DNA of 64,000 nt, taken from contig JAUXWS010000087.1 in assembly GCA_030685015.1 (NCBI GenBank), positions 24,822 to 88,821 of the forward strand. Direction: 5' to 3'. Both the position numbers and the translations under genes were made by a program. A model generated the notes under the pieces. It did no database searches. It was not told the DNA's origin and worked only from the letters and a program-made list of their open reading frames with translations. Source of the DNA: a bacterium. GTDB taxonomy: Bacteria; CAIWAD01. Within the stretch, counting starts at the first letter, position 1. Each line of letters begins with the position of its first letter. Below, in pieces: positions 18,372-25,774 of this stretch.

Positions 18372-19457
18372 TCAGTACTCCAGGGGCAGGGAGACTTTCA
18401 CACCGTCCCGCGCGGAGCGGTAGGCGGCAACCAGCAGCTCAAGCGAGCGCAGGCCTTCGCGCCCGTCCGTCTCGGGCTCCGCCTCGCCGCGCAGGGTCCG
18501 GATCACATTGTCGTAATAGAGCGGGTGCCCGAAGCCGTACACGGAGGTGGTCTGGTAGCTTGCATCCTTGATGGTGGCGTCCTCGGGGCGCTGGTCGGCA
18601 AACTCCCAGTGCTGGATCTCGTTGACGGCCATGCCCCCCACCCGCACCGTGCCATGCTCGCCCAGGATGGTGATCGACCCCTCCATGTTCCTGGGATAGG
18701 ACAGCATGGTCACATTGAGGGTGCCCAGGGCGCCGCTGCGCCACTTGATCGACATCACGCCGCTGTCCTCCACCTCGATGCGGCGGGCCAGGGTGGCCGT
18801 GTAGGCGAAGACGCTCTCCACTGGTCCGATCAACCAGTCCACGAGGTCGACATAATGGCTGGCCTGGTTCATGAAAGCGCCGCCGTCGAACTCCCAGGTG
18901 CCGCGCCAGGCCGCCTGGTCGTAGTATTCCTGGGGGCGCGACCAGAAGACGTTGATGTTGACCATGTAGATGCGGCCGAACCTCCCCTGGCGCACGGCCT
19001 GCTTGAGCAACTGCAGCGTGGCGTTGCGGCGGTTCTGCTTGACGATGAAAAGGCGCCGCGCCATCTCATCACAAACCTGCACCATGCGCTTGCCCTCGGC
19101 CCAGGAGGTGGCCATGGGTTTCTCGCTCATGACGTGGCGTCCGGCCCGCGCCGCCTGAATGGCCTGGCTGGGATGAAGGCCGCTGGGAGTGCACAACACT
19201 ACCACGTCGGCGGGGCCGGCCTTGAGCAGCTCCGTCAGTCCGGCATAGCCGGCCGCCCCCGTTCTCTCCACCGCGCGCGCCAAGGCGGCGGGGTCCGTGT
19301 CGCAGACGGCTGCGATCTCGGCATGAGCGTCATGCTTCTCGATGGCACCAAAGTGGTTGGCGGCGATGCGGCCACACCCCACCACGGCGAAACGTATGTG
19401 CCGATGGGTGATGATTGCGGGGCTGCGCTCCATGTAGCTTCCTTCCATTCCTCTCAT
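18372..19457 (-). CDS. Gfo/Idh/MocA-family NAD-dependent oxidoreductase (WbpB-like UDP-GlcNAcA 3-dehydrogenase candidate)
   Basis: RFAVVGCGRIAANHF...VVVLCTPSGLHP...SEKPMA are classic family motifs. First gene of the long reverse operon. Confidence 0.75.
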   Translation of the reverse strand: MRGMEGSYMERSPAIITHRHIRFAVVGCGRIAANHFGAIEKHDAHAEIAAVCDTDPAALARAVERTGAAGYAGLTELLKAGPADVVVLCTPSGLHPSQAIQAARAGRHVMSEKPMATSWAEGKRMVQVCDEMARRLFIVKQNRRNATLQLLKQAVRQGRFGRIYMVNINVFWSRPQEYYDQAAWRGTWEFDGGAFMNQASHYVDLVDWLIGPVESVFAYTATLARRIEVEDSGVMSIKWRSGALGTLNVTMLSYPRNMEGSITILGEHGTVRVGGMAVNEIQHWEFADQRPEDATIKDASYQTTSVYGFGHPLYYDNVIRTLRGEAEPETDGREGLRSLELLVAAYRSARDGVKVSLPLEY

Positions 19458-19651
19458 TGGTTCAGCAAATTACGTTGTTTTGTCAATGGTGCCGCCGCGA
19501 CCAGCGCCGGCGACGAACTCGAAGGCCCCGGTCGTATCGGCAGCGCGTCGCGGACAATCCAGCCCGGGCAGGCCATCAAGGCACCTTGGTGGCATGACGA
19601 TAGCATTTGACGATTGGGCCATTGTGTCTGGGACAAGATGGAAAGGACCTC

Positions 19652-20614
19652 ATGACGCGCATCCTGGTCACCGGCGCCGCCGGCTTCATCGGGTTTCATC
19701 TCAGCCTTTCCCTGTTGGAGGACGGCCACGAGGTGCTGGGTCTGGACAACCTGAACAGCTACTACGACCCCGCCCTCAAGGAGGCCCGTCTCGCCCGGCT
19801 GCAAGCGCGGAGCGGCTTCCGCTTCACCCGGACGGATCTGGCCGACCGCCCCGCCATGGAGGGCGTCTTCCGCGACTTCCGGCCGCAGCGGGTGGTCAAC
19901 CTGGCCGCCCAGGCCGGCGTCCGCCATAGCCTGACCCATCCTTACGACTACGTGGAAGCCAACCTTGTCGGCTTCCTCAATGTCCTGGAAGGGTGTCGGC
20001 ACACCCCGGAGGTGGAGGGTCTCGTCTACGCCTCCAGTTCGTCGGTGTACGGCGGTAACACCAAGGTCCCCTTCTCCGTCGAGGATCGGGTGGATCAGCC
20101 CGTCTCCCTCTACGCGGCCACCAAAAAGGCCAATGAGTTGATGGCTCATTGCTACAGCCATCTTTACGACATCAACACCACCGGCTTGCGCTTCTTCACG
20201 GTCTACGGCCCGTGGGGACGGCCGGACATGGCCTATTACTCCTTCACCAAGGCCATCCTGGCGGGGGAATCCATCCGCGTCTTCAACCATGGCCGGCTCA
20301 AACGGGACTTCACCTACATTGACGACGTGGTGGCGGGCATTCGGGCCGCGCTGGCACGCAACGGGCACTGCGAGCTGTATAATCTGGGCAATAATCGACC
20401 GGTGGAGCTGCTGGATTTCATCCGCGTCATCGAGGAGAGCCTGGGAAGAAAGGCTGTCCTGCAGATGGAGCCCATGCAACCCGGCGACGTGTTGGAAACC
20501 TGGGCCGATATCGACAGCAGCCGCCGCGACCTGGGTTACGAACCCCTCACACGGCTGGAGGACGGGATTCCACGCTTCACCGCCTGGTACGAAGACTTCC
20601 ACGGCGTGGCCTGA
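19652..20614 (+). CDS. NAD-dependent epimerase/dehydratase (UDP-glucuronate 4-epimerase-like), paralog 1
   Basis: MTRILVTGAAGFIGFHL...YASSSSVYG...YAATKKANELMAHCYSHLY. The reverse ORF 19454-20623 is an antisense artefact. Confidence 0.85.
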   Translation: MTRILVTGAAGFIGFHLSLSLLEDGHEVLGLDNLNSYYDPALKEARLARLQARSGFRFTRTDLADRPAMEGVFRDFRPQRVVNLAAQAGVRHSLTHPYDYVEANLVGFLNVLEGCRHTPEVEGLVYASSSSVYGGNTKVPFSVEDRVDQPVSLYAATKKANELMAHCYSHLYDINTTGLRFFTVYGPWGRPDMAYYSFTKAILAGESIRVFNHGRLKRDFTYIDDVVAGIRAALARNGHCELYNLGNNRPVELLDFIRVIEESLGRKAVLQMEPMQPGDVLETWADIDSSRRDLGYEPLTRLEDGIPRFTAWYEDFHGVA

Positions 20615-20637
20615 TCCGCGCACAAATCCGGACTCCC

Positions 20638-21600
20638 ATGCGCATCCTGGTCACCGGCGCCGCCGGGTTCATCGGCTACCACCTGAGCAAGTCCCTGCTG
20701 TGGGACGGCCACAAGGTGACGGGGCTGGATATCGTCAACGACTACTACGACCCGCGTCTCAAGGAGGACCGCCTGGCCCGGTTGGCGGAGTATCCGGCCT
20801 TCCAGTTGGAGCGCCGGGACGTTGCGGACCGGGCCGCCCTGGAACGGGTCTTCCAGACGCACCAGCCGGAGCGTGTGGTGCACCTGGCGGCCCAAGCGGG
20901 CGTGCGACACAGCATCAGCCATCCTCATGTCTATGGTGCAAGCAACCTGACCGGCTTCCTCAACATCCTCGAGGCCTGCCGCCACACGCCCGGCGTGGAG
21001 GGCCTCGTCTACGCCTCCAGCTCCTCGGTCTACGGTGGCAACACCAAGATTCCCTTCTCCGTGGAAGATCGGGTGGATCAACCCATCTCCCTTTACGCCG
21101 CCACCAAGAAGGCCAATGAGCTGATGGCCCACTGCTACAGTCACCTTTACGGCCTGCATGTCACAGGCCTGCGCTTCTTCACGGTTTATGGTCCCTGGGG
21201 CAGGCCGGACATGGCCCTCTTCCTCTTCACCAAGGCCATCCTGGCAGGCGAGCCCATCCGCGTCTTCAACAAGGGTGAGATGGCGCGGGACTTCACCTAC
21301 ATCGACGACATCGTGGCCGGCATCCGCGCCGCCATCGAGCGCAACCACCGCTGCGAGATCTTCAACCTGGGCAACCACAAGAGCGAGCGGCTGACCGATT
21401 TCATCGCCCTCATCGAGCGCCACTTGGGCCGGACGGCGGAGCGCATCCTGGAACCCATGCAACCGGGCGACGTGCCGGCCAGTTTCGCCGACATCGACCA
21501 TTCCCGGGAAGGGTTGGGCTACGAGCCCACCACCGACATTGATGTGGGCATCAAGCGCTTCCTCGATTGGTATCTGGACTATTACAAGGAGACCTGTTGA
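20638..21600 (+). CDS. NAD-dependent epimerase/dehydratase (UDP-glucuronate 4-epimerase-like), paralog 2 (tandem duplicate)
   Basis: About 60% amino-acid identity to the preceding gene, with long near-identical nucleotide runs. Confidence 0.85.
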   Translation: MRILVTGAAGFIGYHLSKSLLWDGHKVTGLDIVNDYYDPRLKEDRLARLAEYPAFQLERRDVADRAALERVFQTHQPERVVHLAAQAGVRHSISHPHVYGASNLTGFLNILEACRHTPGVEGLVYASSSSVYGGNTKIPFSVEDRVDQPISLYAATKKANELMAHCYSHLYGLHVTGLRFFTVYGPWGRPDMALFLFTKAILAGEPIRVFNKGEMARDFTYIDDIVAGIRAAIERNHRCEIFNLGNHKSERLTDFIALIERHLGRTAERILEPMQPGDVPASFADIDHSREGLGYEPTTDIDVGIKRFLDWYLDYYKETC

Positions 21601-21602
21601 AC

Positions 21603-22691
21603 ATGCGCGTTGTCGCCGTGGTGGGGGCCCGCCCCAACTTCATGAAGGTGGCCCCCCTCGCCCGGGCCTTCGCGGACAGCTCCGTGGACTTCAAGATCGT
21701 CCACACGGGCCAGCACTACGACCAGGCCATGAGCCAGAGCTTTTTCGACGAGCTGGAGATTCCCCGCCCCGACCTCAACCTGGAGGTGGGCAGCGCCAGC
21801 CATGCCGTGCAGACGGCGGAGATCATGAAGCGCTTCGAGCCCGCCTGCCTGGACCTGCGCCCGGACTGGGCGCTGGTGGTGGGGGACGTCAACTCCACGG
21901 CCGCCTGCAGCCTGGTGGCGAGCAAGCTGGGCATCCGCGTCTGCCATGTGGAGGCCGGCCTGCGCAGCCGCGACCGCGCCATGCCCGAGGAGATCAACCG
22001 GCTGGTCACGGACGTGATCAGCGACCTGCTGCTCACCACCTGCCATGAGGCGGACCGCAATCTGCTGGCCGAGGGCATTCCCGCCGGGAAGATCCACATG
22101 GTGGGCAACACCATGATCGACACGCTGGCTCTCATGCTGCCCAAGGCCGCCCGCCGCGGCACGCCGGCGCGCTTCAACCTGCGGCCTGGCGCCTACGGCG
22201 TGGTGACCCTCCATCGTCCCAGCAACGTGGACAACCCGGAAATCCTGGCCGACCTGCTGGGCACCCTGGAGATCGTGCAGCGCGAGCTGCCCCTCATCTT
22301 CGCCATCCATCCCCGCACCCGAAAGAACATCACTGCCTTCGGCCTGGAGGATCGCCTGGCCAGCATGCCGGGCTTGCAGCTCTGCGACCCGCTCTCTTAT
22401 CTGGACTTTTTGGACCTCTACCGCCAGTCCCGCCTGGTGCTGACCGACTCGGGCGGCATCCAGGAGGAGACCAGCTGGTTGAGGATCCCCTGCATCACCA
22501 TGCGGGAGAACACGGAGCGCGGCGTGACGGTGGACCTGGGCACCAACTACCTGACCGGCACGCGGCGGGACAAGGTGCTGGAAGCTTACACCGCCGTGAT
22601 GGAAGGCCGCGGCAAGCCGGGTGGAGAGATTCCCCTTTGGGACGGCCGGGCGGCGGAGCGGATCCGCACTCTCTTCGAATCCCTGGCCTGA
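21603..22691 (+). CDS. wecB: UDP-N-acetylglucosamine 2-epimerase (non-hydrolysing; WecB/WbpI-like)
   Basis: MRVVAVVGARPNFMKVAPL...HVEAGLRS...QEETSWLRIPCITMRENTERG. Starts 3 nt after the previous stop. Confidence 0.85.
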   Translation: MRVVAVVGARPNFMKVAPLARAFADSSVDFKIVHTGQHYDQAMSQSFFDELEIPRPDLNLEVGSASHAVQTAEIMKRFEPACLDLRPDWALVVGDVNSTAACSLVASKLGIRVCHVEAGLRSRDRAMPEEINRLVTDVISDLLLTTCHEADRNLLAEGIPAGKIHMVGNTMIDTLALMLPKAARRGTPARFNLRPGAYGVVTLHRPSNVDNPEILADLLGTLEIVQRELPLIFAIHPRTRKNITAFGLEDRLASMPGLQLCDPLSYLDFLDLYRQSRLVLTDSGGIQEETSWLRIPCITMRENTERGVTVDLGTNYLTGTRRDKVLEAYTAVMEGRGKPGGEIPLWDGRAAERIRTLFESLA

Positions 22692-22754
22692 AGGCATTTC
22701 CTACCTTGCGCCCCCGCGCGGGACGGCCCCGCGCGCGGAGCACCCTGGGATGGA

Positions 22755-23456
22755 TTGCCCATGTTCACTGGAATCTCCCACGCCGTGGAGCGCGCCATCC
22801 GCACCGGCCTGCACATGGCGCTGGACACCTGGCTTTTCGGCTACAACCGCGTCACCTACCACCGCCGGGAGCGCCTGCGGGAGGACCAACAGCAGATCAT
22901 CGTCTCCAACCACACCAGCCACTACGACGCCGCCGTGCTGCTCTCGGCCTTCCCTTTCCACTGCATGCACCGCGTGCATCCGGTGGCGGCCAAGGACTAC
23001 TTCTTCTCCAACCGCCTGAAGGGCCTTTTCTTCCGCCTCTTCATGAACGTGCTGCCCATCGAACGCTCGGCCAAGCTGCACGAGGCCTTCGTCCCCACTG
23101 AGGAGGCCCTCGCCCGCGGGCACAGCATCATCATTTTTCCGGAGGGGACGCGCAGCGTGGACGGGGAGATCAAGTCCTTCAAGGTGGGCGTGGGCTACCT
23201 GTCAGCCAAGTACGGCCTGCCCGTCCTGCCCGTCTACATCGACGGCGCCCACAAGGCCTTCGGCAAGGGCCACAACGTGCCCAAGGCCTTCAAGGTGAGC
23301 GTCGTCTACGGCAAGCCCCTGCGCTACGAGGGCGACCCCGCCGACCGGGAGGGCTGGGCGACCTTCGCCGAGCGCCTGCGCGGGGAGATCCAACGCCTGC
23401 AGCGTTCCTTCCAGCGGGCCCGGGACAACTTCAACCTCTTCCCGCCCCAGGCCTGA
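22755..23456 (+). CDS. 1-acyl-sn-glycerol-3-phosphate (lysophospholipid) acyltransferase, PlsC family
   Basis: HX4D motif (VSNHTSHYD) and FPEGTRS motif. Confidence 0.75.
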   Translation: MPMFTGISHAVERAIRTGLHMALDTWLFGYNRVTYHRRERLREDQQQIIVSNHTSHYDAAVLLSAFPFHCMHRVHPVAAKDYFFSNRLKGLFFRLFMNVLPIERSAKLHEAFVPTEEALARGHSIIIFPEGTRSVDGEIKSFKVGVGYLSAKYGLPVLPVYIDGAHKAFGKGHNVPKAFKVSVVYGKPLRYEGDPADREGWATFAERLRGEIQRLQRSFQRARDNFNLFPPQA

Positions 23457-23513
23457 ACCATCCACGGATCACGCCGCCTTGGATGGAAGCCCCCGCCTCC
23501 CGCCCGACCCCTC

Positions 23514-24374
23514 CTACTCCTCCCCGATGGGCTGGAAGCGGAACTCCCCCAGCACGCGCTCCAGGCGCCCCTCGAAGCGCTCCAGCCCGTGGTACTGGCG
23601 CAGGCTCCGCCAGACGGGCAGGCGCAGGCGGGGCTGCTCCAGATCCAGCTCCCAGGGGTGGACGTAGAGATGGAAGCTGCGTCCGCCGCGGTTCCAGTCC
23701 CGCATGTGGGACAAGTTCCAGGCCATGGGCAGGGCGCGCAGCCAGAAGCCGCCTCCCCAGGCCAGCGGTTGCCCCAGGATGCGACGGCCGGCCAGCGGAT
23801 ACTCGCGGATGGATCCGGAGGGAATCGTCACCTGATGGGGGCGGCCCTCCACCAGGTCGCGGCGGCGCTCCGCCGGGACGCCGGCCAGCAGGCGCGGGGA
23901 GAGGCGCGCCGCCATCAGGCTGCTCGACCAGGCGAAGCCGGCCGAGCGCAGCGCTTCATAATGGCTTTCGAGGGGCGGCAGGCTGAAATCCGGCGCCCGG
24001 TATCCAGGTCCTCCGCCCCAGGCCGCCTCCCAGGGCCGCAGCAAGGCCAGGCTCTCCGCCAGGTCCCGCTGGAAGTCGCCCAGGTCCTGCCGGAAGACGC
24101 GGCGGTGGCCCAGCCCGTGGGATGCAATGCGGTGTCCCGCCGCGGCGATCTCGTCGATGAGGGCGGGATGCTGGCGCGCCACCTCGCCCAGGACGAAGAA
24201 GGTGGCCTGGGTCTGGAACTGGTGGAAGAGCCGCAGGAGGCGCCGGGTGCCATAGACCACGCGCTGGCCCAACTGCTCCTTGAGCGGCCGGTCTTCCAGC
24301 CGCCGCAGCCGGGCTTGCAGATTGGCCGCGTGGTGGGCGCTCTCCAGGTCGACGCTGAGGAAATGGAACCGCAT
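23514..24374 (-). CDS. polysaccharide deacetylase family protein
   Basis: HFLSVDLES...TFFVLGEVARQHPALIDEIAAAGHRIASHGLGHRR is a NodB homology domain. Confidence 0.75.
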   Translation of the reverse strand: MRFHFLSVDLESAHHAANLQARLRRLEDRPLKEQLGQRVVYGTRRLLRLFHQFQTQATFFVLGEVARQHPALIDEIAAAGHRIASHGLGHRRVFRQDLGDFQRDLAESLALLRPWEAAWGGGPGYRAPDFSLPPLESHYEALRSAGFAWSSSLMAARLSPRLLAGVPAERRRDLVEGRPHQVTIPSGSIREYPLAGRRILGQPLAWGGGFWLRALPMAWNLSHMRDWNRGGRSFHLYVHPWELDLEQPRLRLPVWRSLRQYHGLERFEGRLERVLGEFRFQPIGEE

Positions 24375-24424
24375 AATGCTCCAAATGGTACCCTGACCCG
24401 TTCCTCCGTCGAAGATCCGCCGGG

Positions 24425-24632
24425 CCTGTCATTCTGCAGAACTGTCATCCTGAGGACTTGTCATCCCAGCGAAAGCTGGGATCCCATCCTTTTTTGACCA
24501 GCGCCACGCGTGGCACTTGGTGGCCCGCTATCCCGGCACCGGCGCCGTGAGGCGACGGGATGGGTGGTATGGATGATCCTCCCGCGGGATCCCAGCTTCC
24601 GCTGGGATGACATCAAATCTGAGATGACGGAC
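24425..24632. repeat. MITE-like module of nested inverted repeats in the 5' region of ychF
   Basis: A 26-bp near-perfect inverted repeat: gtcatcccagcgaaagctgggatccc (24461-24486) versus gggatcccagcttccgctgggatgac (24588-24613). Each copy is itself a hairpin (cccagc-GAAA-gctggg). Three direct TGTCATYC copies lie on the left (24428, 24444, 24460) and two GATGACA copies on the right. Confidence 0.6.
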
Positions 24633-24688
24633 CCTCCCCCTATATTGCATTTGCTCCTTTGGCATCGGCAAGCTCGCGGAAGGAATCC

Positions 24689-25774
24689 ATGGAAATCGGC
24701 ATCATCGGCCTGCCCCAGGCGGGCAAGACCACATTGTTCAACGCACTCACCGGCCTGGGGGTGGATCTGGGCTACGCCGGCGGCCGCAAGAGCGCCAACC
24801 GCGGCGTAGCCCGCGTCCCGGACGAGCGGCTGGAGCAGCTCTCCCGGCTTTTCAAGCCGCGCAGCACGGTCCACGCCACGGTCAACTACGTGGATCTGGG
24901 CGGCCTCTCCGGCGAGGGACGGCGCTCCAGCGGCTTTCCCGCCGACGTCCTGCAGGCGCTCAAACCCTGCGAGGCGCTTCTGCTGGTCCTCCGCGCGTTC
25001 GACGACCCGGCCCGCCCCCACCCCGACGGTCCGGCCGACCCGCAGCGGGACTTCCGCACCGCCCGCGACGAGTTCATCCTCTCCGACCTGGCCATCTGCG
25101 AGGGCCGCATCGAGCGGCTGGAGAAACAGATGATGAAGGTGAAGGAGAAGGATCAGGCCTTCGAGCTGGAGACGCTCAAGCTCTGCCACGCCGCGCTGGA
25201 GGAGGAGCGGCCCCTGCGCACCCTGGAGCTGGACGAGGCGCGCCGCCGGGTGCTGCGCTCCTACGCCTTCCTCAGCCTCAAGCCGCTCCTGGTCGTGCTC
25301 AACGTGCAGGACAACGCGGTGCGCGACGAGTCCCGGCTGGAGGCCCTGCGCCAGGCCAAGGCGGGCGGTGGTCAGCGTTTCCTCCAGGTGAGCGCCCGCA
25401 TCGAGATGGAGCTGGCGCAGCTGGACGAGGCGGAGGCCGGCGAGTTCCTGGCCGAGTACGGCATCCAGGAGCCGGCCCTTCATCGGGTGTTGCGGGAAAG
25501 CTTCGCCCTGCTCGACCTCGAGACCTTCTTCACCGTGGGCGAGGACGAGTGCCGGGCCTGGACCCTGCGCCGCGGCAGCACCGCCCCCATGGCCGCCGGG
25601 GTCATCCACAGCGACATCCAGAAAGGGTTCATCCGCGCCGAAGTGGTCCCCTCCGCCGAACTCCTGCGCCTGGGCAGCATGGCCGCCTGCAAGGAGAAGG
25701 GCAGCCTGCGCCTGGAAGGCCGCGAGTACCTGGTGCAGGAGGGGGAGGTTGTCCATTTCCGCTTCAATGTCTGA
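24689..25774 (+). CDS. ychF: redox-regulated ribosome-binding ATPase YchF (Obg family)
   Basis: MEIGIIGLPQAGKTTLFNALT Walker A motif and C-terminal TGS domain (GSTAPMAAGVIHSDIQKGFIRAEVV). Confidence 0.9.
   Translation: MEIGIIGLPQAGKTTLFNALTGLGVDLGYAGGRKSANRGVARVPDERLEQLSRLFKPRSTVHATVNYVDLGGLSGEGRRSSGFPADVLQALKPCEALLLVLRAFDDPARPHPDGPADPQRDFRTARDEFILSDLAICEGRIERLEKQMMKVKEKDQAFELETLKLCHAALEEERPLRTLELDEARRRVLRSYAFLSLKPLLVVLNVQDNAVRDESRLEALRQAKAGGGQRFLQVSARIEMELAQLDEAEAGEFLAEYGIQEPALHRVLRESFALLDLETFFTVGEDECRAWTLRRGSTAPMAAGVIHSDIQKGFIRAEVVPSAELLRLGSMAACKEKGSLRLEGREYLVQEGEVVHFRFNV

Noticed and set aside
19454-20623. 389-aa reverse-strand ORF
   Set aside because: Antisense to the well-conserved NAD-dependent epimerase gene at 19652-20614. 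It has no recognisable motifs.
21582-22697. 371-aa reverse-strand ORF
   Set aside because: Antisense shadow of the UDP-GlcNAc 2-epimerase gene.
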